Shown: in pieces, positions 1 to 9,221 of the stretch
Position numbering within the stretch: position 1 is the stretch's first letter
Layout: each line of letters opens with the position of its first letter
Source of the DNA: a candidate division FCPU426 bacterium
GTDB lineage: Bacteria > Oederibacteriota > PGYV01 > Palsa-1178
NCBI GenBank assembly: GCA_963840035.1
Contig: CAWIXE010000001.1
Span: forward strand, 768,001-832,000
Reading direction: 5' to 3'
Length of the DNA stretch: 64,000 nucleotides
Position numbers and translations under genes: made by a program
The notes under the pieces: model-generated
The model's input: the letters and a program-made list of their open reading frames with translations, nothing else
Told to the model about the DNA's origin: nothing
The model's database searches: none

Positions 1-1
1 T

Positions 2-1522
2 AAAAAACTCGGGGAAAAAACTGATACCAGGTATACATTAGTCATGGCTGACGGGACTGTAGCCGGGGATTCGGACGCGGCCCCTTCAACAATGGACAAC
101 CATAAAAACAGGCCTGAAATAGCCTCGGTGATAAATAATATCAAGGAAGAGACAGCGGTGCGCTTCAGCAACACATTAAAGGAAGATATGCTTTATTACG
201 CCTCGCCGGTCCTGGCTGACGGGAAAAAAGTAAAAGCGGTCATAAGGATTTCAATTCCCTTAAAAGACATAAAGTCCATTGCCGACAGTTTAAACAACGA
301 GATACTTAAAGCTTCGATTCTGGTATTGCTTTTATCGGTTCTGGCGACCTTCCTTTATTCCAGGAGGTTTTACGAGCCCATCAGGGACCTGGCGGACGCG
401 GCAAAAAAAGTGGCAGCCAGGGATTTTGACGTAAAGGTGAATATAAAAAGCGGGGATGAATTAAAAGCCCTGGGCGACAGTTTCAATTATATGACCTCAG
501 AAATAAAGCTTCTTTTTACGGAAGTTACCGAGAAAAAAGGTCAGCTTGACGCTGTGATATCTTCGGTTGCCGAGGGCCTTATAGTGGTGGACGAAAAAGG
601 AAAGATTACATTGATAAATGAAAGCTTCAGAAAACTGGCTGGGACAGAATGCAAAGCCGGGAGTTTTTACTGGGAGTGTTTCATGCCGGTTAAATTCAAT
701 GAGATAATGGAATTCGCTATAAAAACCGGAAGGCATTTTTCAGAGCAGGTGGAAATCAAAGGCAGGATGTATCTGGTGGGCTTAAGCTTTTTATCGGCAA
801 AAAAGCAGACCGCCATGGTGCTCCATGATATAACCGAATTCAAGGAACTTGAGCGCATAAAAAGGGATTTTGTGGCGAATGTGTCGCACGAGCTGAAAAC
901 TCCCCTGACAGCCATAAAGGGTTTCACTGAAACCGTTGAGCAGGAGACTAAGAATAAGGAATCGCTGCGCTACCTCGAGATAATAAGGAAGAACACGGAG
1001 AGGCTCATAAACATAGTAAACGACCTTTTAACCCTGTCGCAGCTCGAGCAGATAGACAGGCTCGGGGTTATAGAGGAAATAGACTTGGAAGAAGTCATCA
1101 ACAATACCGCTAAAATATTTGAATTAGCCGTGAAAAACAAGGGCCTTACGCTGAAAATATTCCTTGAAAAAGGGCTTCCGGCCGTCAAAGGGGACCCTTT
1201 CAGGCTGGAGCATGTGTTTTTAAACCTGATAGATAACGCCGTGAAGTACACTGAAAAAGGGGGCGTTACGGTAAACGCAAGGCACGAGAAGAATACCGTT
1301 ATAATAGAAGTATCTGATACCGGCTCAGGCATACCCGAAGAGCACCTGGTGAGGGTGTTTGAAAGGTTCTACGTAGTAGACAAGTCACGCTCAAAAAAGC
1401 TCGGGGGCACAGGGCTCGGGCTTGCCATAGTAAAACATATAGTGCTCCTGCACCAGGGAAAAATCTCCGTTGAAAGCAAAGTAGGAACTGGAACCACATT
1501 TACGGTAACACTGCCCGTATAA
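2..1522 (+). CDS. phoR: Phosphate regulon sensor histidine kinase (HAMP-PAS-HisKA-HATPase), 5'-partial
   Basis: Frame is open from the window start; H-box FVANVSHELKTPL, N-box NLIDNAVKY, ERFYVVDKSRS..GGTGLGL; directly upstream of the pst genes. Confidence 0.9.
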   Translation, partial: KKLGEKTDTRYTLVMADGTVAGDSDAAPSTMDNHKNRPEIASVINNIKEETAVRFSNTLKEDMLYYASPVLADGKKVKAVIRISIPLKDIKSIADSLNNEILKASILVLLLSVLATFLYSRRFYEPIRDLADAAKKVAARDFDVKVNIKSGDELKALGDSFNYMTSEIKLLFTEVTEKKGQLDAVISSVAEGLIVVDEKGKITLINESFRKLAGTECKAGSFYWECFMPVKFNEIMEFAIKTGRHFSEQVEIKGRMYLVGLSFLSAKKQTAMVLHDITEFKELERIKRDFVANVSHELKTPLTAIKGFTETVEQETKNKESLRYLEIIRKNTERLINIVNDLLTLSQLEQIDRLGVIEEIDLEEVINNTAKIFELAVKNKGLTLKIFLEKGLPAVKGDPFRLEHVFLNLIDNAVKYTEKGGVTVNARHEKNTVIIEVSDTGSGIPEEHLVRVFERFYVVDKSRSKKLGGTGLGLAIVKHIVLLHQGKISVESKVGTGTTFTVTLPV

Positions 1523-1576
1523 ATTTTTTTACAAACCCACCCCGCATCTATAGTAGCCAATATTTATGTCTACAGT

Positions 1577-1693
1577 ATGTCATTGCGAGGAGCCGTATTT
1601 GATTCATGGCGACGAAGCAATCTCGTTTCTTCCTGCAAAAGCAGCAAGATTGCTTCGTCGGCAAAGAACAAAAACGCCTCCTCGCAATGACAT
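1577..1693. repeat. RPE-like palindromic element (GTCATTGCGAGGAG...GCAATC/GATTGC...CTCCTCGCAATGAC)
   Basis: Terminal inverted repeat ATGTCATTGCGAGG / CCTCGCAATGACAT with inner pair CGACGAAGCAATCT / AGATTGCTTCGTCG; degenerate copy at 35172-35285. Confidence 0.85.
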
Positions 1694-1730
1694 TTTGAAA
1701 TCTGTCAGCATAATTATAAACTACCCCGCC

Positions 1731-1784
1731 TTAACCGACAATTAACACACCCGACATTATTAATTAACACCTTTCTTCTATACT
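1731..1784 (+). promoter_or_regulatory. Pho-box array plus -10 element of the porin-pstS promoter
   Basis: TTAAC at 1731, 1742 and 1764 (11-bp phasing); TATACT 15 bp after the last unit, same geometry as at 4150. Confidence 0.75.
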
Positions 1785-1929
1785 TCTGTCTGTAAAAACA
1801 AATTGTTCAAAAAGAACCAGGGCATAAAAGCCGGGCCGCAAAGAAATATAAGCAATCAGCCCGAAGCCCAGCCCTTGAAATAAAGAATACAATTTGACGG
1901 ATGGAAGCAAAAAACCAAGGAGGAAGAAA

Positions 1930-3039
1930 ATGAAAAAAGCGGTAAATTTTGTTCTGGCAGCGGTCTTTGTCCTTTGCATGATAGGAACGGTTTCAGCCGA
2001 GCCTGTGTCAAAGTTTTACGGGTACCAGTGGTTAAGGTACGAGGCAAAACAGGCCGGGGCGTCGTTTGACAAAGCGGGGTCTGATTTAAGCTCATTCTCG
2101 GTGCCGAGGACCTATTTAAGGTGGAAATTGACGGATACAGGATATGAAGGCAACATAACCCTAGATATAAACAATGTTGCAGGCGGACAGGGCATGGCTA
2201 AGATATCACCTGCTGATGTTACCACAACAGGCGTGCCCGCGGCGTCGGTTGACTGGGAAGCGTGGTTAAAATACGCATCAGTTGATTTTCTCAAAGTCCC
2301 GGGGCTCGAACAGATAGACGCCCAGATAAGGTTCGGCATCCAGAAGGTGTACTTCGGAACGCTTGACACATGGGAATATCCCCTGATAGACAAAGAACCG
2401 GTTGACAGGGCGGGGATTGCCTCAAGCGCGGATTTTGGGGTGGCCATACTGGGAAGGCTTCCGGCGGGATTCGGCTCGTATGAACTCGCGGCGTTCAGCG
2501 GCTCAGGATACAAGAAACTCGACGCAAATACGGAAAAAATGTACAACGCGAGCCTTTTAGTCACGCCGCTTCCGGGAATATACGCAAGGGCTTCTTACCT
2601 GCATAACATCTCCAGCGACCTGCTCGCGGGCCCGGTCAAAGACATGAACGCCACGGCGCTTGTTGTGGGATACGCTTCAGGCCCGATAGAAGGGTGGACA
2701 CAGTATGTTACGAAGTTTGACAGGGCGTCATCATCAGCGTCAAAATCAGGCGTATACACGGGCTGGAGCTCATACCTCGGTGTAAGCCTGACGGACGCGA
2801 TACAGGTAAACGCGATGTGGATACAGAATAACCCGGACACAAAAGTTGTCAGGGATGACAAAAACATCTGGCAGCTCGGCGTTAATTACAAGATGATTGA
2901 CAACCTTCTCATACAGTGCGGTTACGAGCTTGACCAGCTGAAGTTCCCGAATAATTCGGCAACAACGGGCAATACAACAAACGACACGGCGTCAGCGAAC
3001 CTGAACTACTTCTGGATTCAGACGAAGTTGTCGTTTTAA
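1930..3039 (+). CDS. Outer-membrane beta-barrel porin, probably phosphate-induced
   Basis: Signal peptide, alternating amphipathic strands, C-terminal Phe; between a Pho box and pstS; ATG at 1930 after GGAGG. Confidence 0.75.
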   Translation: MKKAVNFVLAAVFVLCMIGTVSAEPVSKFYGYQWLRYEAKQAGASFDKAGSDLSSFSVPRTYLRWKLTDTGYEGNITLDINNVAGGQGMAKISPADVTTTGVPAASVDWEAWLKYASVDFLKVPGLEQIDAQIRFGIQKVYFGTLDTWEYPLIDKEPVDRAGIASSADFGVAILGRLPAGFGSYELAAFSGSGYKKLDANTEKMYNASLLVTPLPGIYARASYLHNISSDLLAGPVKDMNATALVVGYASGPIEGWTQYVTKFDRASSSASKSGVYTGWSSYLGVSLTDAIQVNAMWIQNNPDTKVVRDDKNIWQLGVNYKMIDNLLIQCGYELDQLKFPNNSATTGNTTNDTASANLNYFWIQTKLSF

Positions 3040-3045
3040 GCAAAT

Positions 3046-3082
3046 AGTCTCAAGACCCAAGACCCAGGACCCAGGTCCAGGG
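3046..3082 (+). repeat. Solo heptamer array CA(A/G)GACC x4
   Basis: AGTCT CAAGACC CAAGACC CAGGACC CAGGTCC; start AGTCTCAAGAC is shared with the 61465 element. Confidence 0.6.
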
Positions 3083-3105
3083 AAAAACATACAGAGGAGA
3101 AAAAA

Positions 3106-3948
3106 ATGAAAAAGTTTACAAAGATCGCAGTAGCAGCAGTAATGGCTGCCATGCTTGTGTCACCGGCGTTCGCTTGGAACTGGCCGTGGGCCCAGAAAGC
3201 GGGAAACAAGTTATCAACTCAGGGTTCCACTACGGTGCTTCCGATAGCTCAGGCTGAGGCTGAGGCATTCATGAAAACGAACAAGGACGCGGACGTATCG
3301 GTATCAGGAGGCGGCTCGGGAGTGGGAATCGCGGCTTTGATAGACGGTTCAGCCGACATCGCGAATTCCTCAAGGCCCATTAAGTCAAAAGAAATAGTCC
3401 TCGCGAAGCAAAAAGGCGTGAACCCGGTGGGGACGATTATCGCCAATGACGGCATAGCGGTCATAGTAAATAACGCGAATAAAGCGGAAGCAATTACCGT
3501 TGAACAGCTAAAAGCCATATACTCGGGCGAGATAACAAAGTGGAGCCAGGCAGGCGGCTCAGGCGACTCGATAGTCGTGATATCGCGCGACAGCGCCTCG
3601 GGAACGTTTGAAGTCTTCAATGAACTGGTTTTAAAAGGCGCGAAACTCAGGACAGACTCGCTGATGATGGCATCCAACAAGGAAATAGCCGAGACCATAG
3701 CCAGGACACCCGGCGCGATAGGCTACGTGGGATTAGGCTACCTTTCAGGTGATGTTAAAGCCCTGAAAGTAGCCGGGATAGTACCGTCCGACGCAACGGT
3801 GTTGAACGGGACCTACAAACTTGCAAGGCCGCTTTACGTCTATACAAACGGCGAGCCCGCGGGCATGGCAAAAGAATTCATCGATTTCATGCTCGGCGCG
3901 GAAGGCCAGAAAATAGTAAAAGAGACGGGTTTTGTAACGGTGAAGTAA
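3106..3948 (+). CDS. pstS: Phosphate ABC transporter substrate-binding protein
   Basis: GSTTV, GGGSGVG, SRDSASGT, LARPLY motifs. Confidence 0.95.
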   Translation: MKKFTKIAVAAVMAAMLVSPAFAWNWPWAQKAGNKLSTQGSTTVLPIAQAEAEAFMKTNKDADVSVSGGGSGVGIAALIDGSADIANSSRPIKSKEIVLAKQKGVNPVGTIIANDGIAVIVNNANKAEAITVEQLKAIYSGEITKWSQAGGSGDSIVVISRDSASGTFEVFNELVLKGAKLRTDSLMMASNKEIAETIARTPGAIGYVGLGYLSGDVKALKVAGIVPSDATVLNGTYKLARPLYVYTNGEPAGMAKEFIDFMLGAEGQKIVKETGFVTVK

Positions 3949-3970
3949 TATCTGATTGCTAAAATATTTT

Positions 3971-4005
3971 AAGAAGGGTCTGCGTAAGCAGGCCCTTCTT
4001 TTTTT
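3971..4005 (+). terminator. Intrinsic terminator after pstS
   Basis: AAGAAGGGTCTGC-GTAA-GCAGGCCCTTCTT followed by a T run. Confidence 0.85.
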
Positions 4006-4026
4006 ATGAGCACAGGGAAAGGTATT

Positions 4027-4145
4027 CTTCCCTCTCCCTCTGGGAGAGGGTTAGGGTGAGGGCACGCCGGTATTTTGTTCCCCTCACCCCAGCCCCTCTC
4101 TCCCCCTCAAGGGGGGACTACAAAGAGCCAGGGGGAGAGGGGGAG
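4027..4145. repeat. BoxC-like palindromic element (CCCTCTCCC..GGGAGAGGG..GGGTGAGGG / CCCTCACCC) with a nested REP-like hairpin
   Basis: Arms visible directly; related copy at 6995-7132. Confidence 0.8.
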
Positions 4146-4149
4146 AATA

Positions 4150-4203
4150 TTAACACAACCTTAACCCATATGAAACAATGCGTTAACAGCGCCGGGGTAT
4201 CAT
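4150..4203 (+). promoter_or_regulatory. Pho-box array plus -10 element upstream of pstC
   Basis: TTAACA 4150, TTAACC 4161, GAAACA 4172, TTAACA 4183 (11-bp period); TATCAT 15 bp after the last unit. Confidence 0.8.
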
Positions 4204-4225
4204 TTACATAGAAAGGAAGGCACAA

Positions 4226-5104
4226 ATGTCAACGCACAAAGGAATGAGAAAAAATTTCATAGAGCGCTTATTGCCGGTAGCCGCTTCGGTCTCCCTTATT
4301 TTCCTGCTTGGCATAGCTTTCACTCTTGTTACAACGTCGCTGCCTGTTTTCAAATCCGTATCCCTTAAAGGCTTCATATTCGGGACAGAGTGGATTCCCA
4401 CGGCGGAGACGCCATTGCTGGGGATATGGCCGCTTATCGTCGCCTCCGCGTATGTGACTTTCGGCGCCATAATATTCGCCATACCGCTCGGGGTGGGAAG
4501 CGCAGTCTATATTTCCGAGCTTGCGTCCCCGCGGGTAAAGGAACTTTTAAAACCGGTAATGGAAATACTGGCGGGAATACCTTCGGTGGTATTCGGATTT
4601 TTCGGGATAGTATTTGTGGCGCCCATAGTTCAGCGGGTATTCCACCTGGATACCGGGCTTTGCGGGATGACCGCCGCTATCATACTCGGCATAATGGTGA
4701 TACCGACTGTGGCGAGCATATCAGAGGACGCCATATCCGCGATATCAAAAGACTTAAGGAACGCCTCATACGCCCTGGGCGCTAACAAATGGGAGACAAT
4801 AATAAAAGCGGTACTGCCGGCGGCAAAGTCCGGGATATTCACCTCGATAATACTGGGTATCAGCAGGGCGCTCGGCGAGACCATGACGGTTTTGATGGTA
4901 GCCGGCGGGGCCGTAAAAATACCGGGAAGCATCTTTTCGCCGATGAGGCCCATGACCGCGACTATCGCGGGGGAAATGGGGGAGACAGTTGTCGGGAGCC
5001 CCCATTACCACGCTTTATTCGCCATGGGGCTTGTGCTTTTTATCGTCAATATCGCGTTTAACCTTATAGCCGACCATTATCAGAAAGGGAAAAGAAATGT
5101 CTGA
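4226..5104 (+). CDS. pstC: Phosphate ABC transporter permease PstC
   Basis: LAGIPSVVFG, RALGETM motifs; operon context. Confidence 0.95.
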   Translation: MSTHKGMRKNFIERLLPVAASVSLIFLLGIAFTLVTTSLPVFKSVSLKGFIFGTEWIPTAETPLLGIWPLIVASAYVTFGAIIFAIPLGVGSAVYISELASPRVKELLKPVMEILAGIPSVVFGFFGIVFVAPIVQRVFHLDTGLCGMTAAIILGIMVIPTVASISEDAISAISKDLRNASYALGANKWETIIKAVLPAAKSGIFTSIILGISRALGETMTVLMVAGGAVKIPGSIFSPMRPMTATIAGEMGETVVGSPHYHALFAMGLVLFIVNIAFNLIADHYQKGKRNV

Positions 5105-5975
5105 CGCGAAAACTTTGAAAATTATCGGAGCCAGGGACGCGATGCAGGAAGCCGGATTTTTGCTTCTAAAATTGTGCGCTCTGACGGTAATCATAGCGCT
5201 GGGAGTGGTGGTTTTTTTTATAGCCATCAAAGGCTTCAGGGTGGTAAACCTCGAATTTTTAACCCAGATGCCGCGCGACGGCATGGTAAAGGGCGGGATA
5301 TTCCCCGCGATACTCGGCACGTTCCTGCTCTCCATGGGGGCGCTTTTATTCGCGCTGCCTGCGGGAGTGCTCACAGCGGTATGGCTGACAGAATACGCCG
5401 ATAACCAAAAATTTGTGAGGCTGGTAAGGATAGGCATTAACAGCCTGGCAGGCGTGCCCTCCATCGTCTTCGGGTTATTTGGCCTTATGTTCTTTGTAAA
5501 ATTCATGGATTTTGGCGTATCGCTTTTATCCGGTTCGCTTGTGCTGGGCATCCTCATATTACCCACCATTATAGGCGCGTCAGAAGAGGCGCTTTTAAGC
5601 GTTCCAAAGGCATTTAAGGAAGCGTCGCTGGCGCTCGGGGCCACAAGGTGGGAAACAATGTATAAAGTAATACTGCCCAACTCAATATCAGGGATAATTA
5701 CCGGCATAATATTAAGCGTCGGCAGGGCCGCGGGCGAGACAGCGCCGATACTCATGACAGCCGCGACATTTTTTACGGCGAAACTGCCGGACTCATTATT
5801 CTCAAAGGTCATGGCGCTGCCATACCACATATACGCGCTTTTGACAGAGGGCTCAAAGAAAGGGCAGACAGAGATAGCTTACGGAACGGCGCTGGTGCTT
5901 TTACTGCTGGTGCTGGCGATAAACAGCGCGGCGATATATATAAGGATAAAGGCGAGAAGGGAACGGAAGTGGTAA
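5097..5975 (+). CDS. pstA: Phosphate ABC transporter permease PstA
   Basis: LAGVPSIVFG, GRAAGETAP motifs; overlaps pstC. Confidence 0.95.
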   Translation: MSDAKTLKIIGARDAMQEAGFLLLKLCALTVIIALGVVVFFIAIKGFRVVNLEFLTQMPRDGMVKGGIFPAILGTFLLSMGALLFALPAGVLTAVWLTEYADNQKFVRLVRIGINSLAGVPSIVFGLFGLMFFVKFMDFGVSLLSGSLVLGILILPTIIGASEEALLSVPKAFKEASLALGATRWETMYKVILPNSISGIITGIILSVGRAAGETAPILMTAATFFTAKLPDSLFSKVMALPYHIYALLTEGSKKGQTEIAYGTALVLLLLVLAINSAAIYIRIKARRERKW

Positions 5976-5985
5976 TAAAACCTTA

Positions 5986-6016
5986 GTTCGGAGGGTGGAG
6001 TTCGGGGTTCGGAGTT
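5986..6016 (+). repeat. Solo arm of the GG(A/G)GTTC heptamer family
   Basis: GTTCGGAGGGTGGAGTTCGGGGTTCGGAGTT is identical to sequence at ~18167, upstream of four-helix gene 2. Confidence 0.8.
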
Positions 6017-6020
6017 GAGT

Positions 6021-6172
6021 TGGTAGCCGCAGCCTTAAGGCTGCGAAACCCGGGCTTTAGAACCTGCCTTGCGTAACAAGTCGTGAGGAACACGACAAGA
6101 TGAGAGGTATTGTTCTGATTTATTGTTTGTTCGCCGAAGCTCACAAGGGCATCTTGAAGGTTGCGGCTACCA
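6021..6172. repeat. GTAG-type REP doublet carrying a conserved structured insert (copy 1)
   Basis: TGGTAGCCGCAGCC..GGCTGCG ... GGTTGCGGCTACCA; second copy at 28969-29133. Confidence 0.85.
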
Positions 6173-6210
6173 GAATCTAAAGAGAAAAATTATGGTAAAA
6201 GGAGTTTGTA

Positions 6211-6975
6211 ATGGATGAAAAGATGCGAATAACAGTTAAGGATTTCAATGCTTTTTACGGCGAAAAACACGCGTTGAAAAACGTAAACATCGACATACCC
6301 GCCAATAAGATCATGGCCATGATAGGGCCTTCGGGGTGCGGGAAGTCAACATTTCTCCGTTCCATAAACAGGATGAACGACTTAATTGAGAATTTTAAGG
6401 TAAACGGGCGGATGATGATTGACGGGATGGATGTTTATGACAAAAATATAGACGTCACAAACCTTCGCAGGCGCGTGGGCATGGTATTTCAGAAGCCGAA
6501 CCCTTTTCCAAAAACAATATTTGAGAACATAGCGTACGGGCTGCGGGTGAACAGGCTCTTTAACGGCAGGGAAGAACTTGAGGCAAAGATAGAAAAGAGC
6601 CTCATGGAAGCCGGGCTGTGGGAGGAAGTAAAGGACGACCTGGATAAAAGCGCGTTTGAGCTCTCCGGAGGGCAGCAGCAGAGGCTGTGTATAGCAAGGG
6701 CCCTGGTAATAAAGCCGGAGGTAATCTTAATGGACGAGCCCACAGCGTCGCTTGACCCGATTTCCACCGCAAAAATAGAGGAACTCATACAGGTTCTTAA
6801 AAAGGACTACACGATAGTCATAGTGACCCACAACATGCAGCAGGCCGCGCGCGTGGCGGATAACACCGCTTTTTTCATGATGGGCGAGCTGGTGGAGTAC
6901 GACCTGACATCAAAGATGTTCACAAAGCCGGAGAAGAAGATAACGGAAGACTATATAACGGGAAGGTTCGGGTAA
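6211..6975 (+). CDS. pstB: Phosphate ABC transporter ATP-binding protein
   Basis: [30 protein letters not shown]-terminal YITGRFG. Confidence 0.97.
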   Translation: MDEKMRITVKDFNAFYGEKHALKNVNIDIPANKIMAMIGPSGCGKSTFLRSINRMNDLIENFKVNGRMMIDGMDVYDKNIDVTNLRRRVGMVFQKPNPFPKTIFENIAYGLRVNRLFNGREELEAKIEKSLMEAGLWEEVKDDLDKSAFELSGGQQQRLCIARALVIKPEVILMDEPTASLDPISTAKIEELIQVLKKDYTIVIVTHNMQQAARVADNTAFFMMGELVEYDLTSKMFTKPEKKITEDYITGRFG

Positions 6976-6994
6976 TTAATGGTTTACCCACATT

Positions 6995-7132
6995 TTCCCT
7001 CCCCCTTTCAGGGGGAGGGTCAGGGTGGGGGTGCTGTGTTTTAAGTTTTAAGTTGGAATTGTTTCAGATTTAAAACAAGACATTAAGGCTTATCCCCACC
7101 CTGGCCCTCCCCTTATGAATAAGGGGAGGGAA
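6995..7132. repeat. BoxC-like palindromic element, copy 2
   Basis: TTCCCTCCCCCTT..GGGGGAGGGTCAGGGTGGGG / CCCCACCCTGGCCCTCCCCTT..AAGGGGAGGGAA. Confidence 0.8.
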
Positions 7133-7166
7133 ATGGAAGGTGAAGCTTATTATGATAGGAGGTTTT

Positions 7167-7826
7167 ATGGACAGGCAATTTGACGGGGAGTTAAACAGCT
7201 TAAAAAAGAATATCCTTAACATGGCGTCGTTTGTGGATGAGGCTATAGAGCGGTCTATAAAGGCCCTTGTACAGAGGAGCGATGAGGCGGCTGAGGCGGT
7301 GGAAGAGGATGACGAGCGCATAGACCTGCTGGAAATCACAATTGAAAAGCAGTGCCTTGAACTTCTGGCGCGGCGCCAGCCCATTGCCATAGACCTGCGC
7401 TTCATTACATCCGTCATGAAGATAAACAGCGACTTAGAGCGGATGGGGGACCTGGCGGCGAACATCGCGCACAAAGCCAAAATATTAAGCAAGCTTCCGC
7501 AGCTCAAACCGCTCATTGACATACCCAAAATGGCGGAGCTGGTAAGGGCCATGCTGAAGGACTCTATAAACGCCCTGATTAACAACGATTCGGAGCAGGC
7601 AAGGCAGATAGCCTTAAGGGACACGAATGTGGACGGGTTTTATGTGCAGGTCTTCAGGGAGGTATTGACATACATGATGGAGAGCAGTAATAATATAAGG
7701 GTGGGAATAGAGCTGATACTTATAGCCAAGCACATAGAGCGAATGGCGGACCACATAACGAACATAGACGAGGACATAGTATACATGGTGGAAGCCAAGA
7801 CGATAAAGCATGACTTTGAGAAGTAG
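7167..7826 (+). CDS. phoU: Phosphate signalling complex protein PhoU
   Basis: QPIAIDLR, DLERMGD, ERMADH motifs; ATG 7167 after AGGAGG. Confidence 0.95.
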   Translation: MDRQFDGELNSLKKNILNMASFVDEAIERSIKALVQRSDEAAEAVEEDDERIDLLEITIEKQCLELLARRQPIAIDLRFITSVMKINSDLERMGDLAANIAHKAKILSKLPQLKPLIDIPKMAELVRAMLKDSINALINNDSEQARQIALRDTNVDGFYVQVFREVLTYMMESSNNIRVGIELILIAKHIERMADHITNIDEDIVYMVEAKTIKHDFEK

Positions 7827-7828
7827 AA

Positions 7829-7938
7829 TATTTTAGATTTTATATTTTAAATTTTAAATTTAAGGTGCTCCGCGGCTCTATTATAATAGTACCATGGAAT
7901 ACCATAAATCTAAAATTTAAAATATAAAATCTAAAATA
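7829..7938. repeat. AT-heptamer inverted-arm element with a conserved core (copy A)
   Basis: TTTTAGA TTTTATA TTTTAAA arms and their reverse complements; the core recurs reverse-complemented at 12258-12367. Confidence 0.85.
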
Positions 7939-7951
7939 CACGGAGGTATTT

Positions 7952-8371
7952 ATGGACAAGGTAAAGGTGTTATTCGTCTGTATCCACAACTCGGCGCGGT
8001 CGCAGATGGCTGAGGCTTTTTTAAACAGCATTGCAGGGGACAGGTTTTTGGCGGAGAGCGCAGGCATAGAGCCGGGAAAGCTTAACCCCATAGTGGTTGA
8101 TGCCATGAAGGACGCGGGCATAGACATATCCGGCAATAAAACAAAATCGGTATTTGATTTTTACAAGGAAGGCAGGATATTTAACTATGTCATTACCGTG
8201 TGCGACCCCGAGGCGGCGGAGCGCTGCCCTTTATTTATAGGAGTAACGGAAAGGCTGCACTGGCCTTTTAAGGATCCGTCTAAGATTGAGGGCACTTATG
8301 AACAGAAGCTTGAAGGGACAAAGAAAATCAGGGATGAGATTAAGGCAAAGATAGAGGAATGGATAAAATAA
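7952..8371 (+). CDS. arsC: Arsenate reductase, LMW-PTPase family
   Basis: P-loop [15 protein letters not shown]...RCP, HWPFKDP. Confidence 0.9.
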   Translation: MDKVKVLFVCIHNSARSQMAEAFLNSIAGDRFLAESAGIEPGKLNPIVVDAMKDAGIDISGNKTKSVFDFYKEGRIFNYVITVCDPEAAERCPLFIGVTERLHWPFKDPSKIEGTYEQKLEGTKKIRDEIKAKIEEWIK

Positions 8372-8451
8372 CGGATTAACGCGCTGTTGACACGGAAAGC
8401 ATGGTTGTGTTAGTATGCGGCAGGTAAAACAAATATGAAAGGAGAGCGGCG

Positions 8452-8688
8452 TTGAAAAAAGAAAAAAAGAACGGATTTGTTATCGTAATGGCGCTGCTTT
8501 TTGTATTTGTCGGATGCGCCGAGATTTTTCCGGATAACTGCGGTTTTGACGGCGATATAACGACTACATTAAACGATCTTAAGATGATAGTGCCGCAGGA
8601 TTTAACCGTGTCGGCGCCTGATAATATAACTTTCAGCATGCAGGTTTCAGTTTTTGCAATAGAATACCCCCCTAAATACAACTCATAA
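8452..8688 (+). CDS. Small putative lipoprotein, possibly truncated
   Basis: AGGAG before a TTG start, basic N-terminus, lipobox-like FVGC; no recognisable domain. Confidence 0.4.
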   Translation: MKKEKKNGFVIVMALLFVFVGCAEIFPDNCGFDGDITTTLNDLKMIVPQDLTVSAPDNITFSMQVSVFAIEYPPKYNS

Positions 8689-8766
8689 GCCACAAACCGT
8701 TTTTAAAAACCTGTTTTATTTATGTCATTAGTCTTTTTATATCATTTATCAGAGGAGGCATTATAT

Positions 8767-9123
8767 ATGGATATTTTTGAAATTTTTGAAAATGACGGAA
8801 AGGGCCGCGATAACCAGGGGAAATATAAGGGGAAAACTGAAAAACACTCCGGTTACAGCGATAATGAGGAATACAGGGACGAGGTCTACGGAAGGGAACA
8901 CGGGCATGGCGGGGGATTGGAAGCTTACAAAGATAAGATTGCGCTTTTGCTGAAGGATAAGCGCATTGCCGTTGCCGGGGTTATATTAATTACGGCCATT
9001 ATGGCAGCAATAATTTTTGCCGTGATTTTGCTCTTTAAATATGTGGATAAGAACGGCGTCAAAGAACTGGTTTTAGCGGTTCAGGGTATTTTATCATGGC
9101 TCTGGCAGGGTTCGGGGAAGTGA
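8767..9123 (+). CDS. Hypothetical membrane protein
   Basis: GAGGAGG RBS, charged N-terminus, one strong transmembrane segment. Confidence 0.6.
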   Translation: MDIFEIFENDGKGRDNQGKYKGKTEKHSGYSDNEEYRDEVYGREHGHGGGLEAYKDKIALLLKDKRIAVAGVILITAIMAAIIFAVILLFKYVDKNGVKELVLAVQGILSWLWQGSGK

Positions 9124-9221
9124 CATGATGGGACTAACAGCCCTGTCCGCGGAATGCGCGTTATATTCAGATAGACTACTTTATGAATTTACCGGCAGGG
9201 AAGCTGCTGTGGAGGCGGAAA

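Noticed and set aside
6080..6160. Hammerhead ribozyme in the REP insert
   Set aside because: It has CTGATTTA rather than CTGANGA and no correctly placed GAAA.
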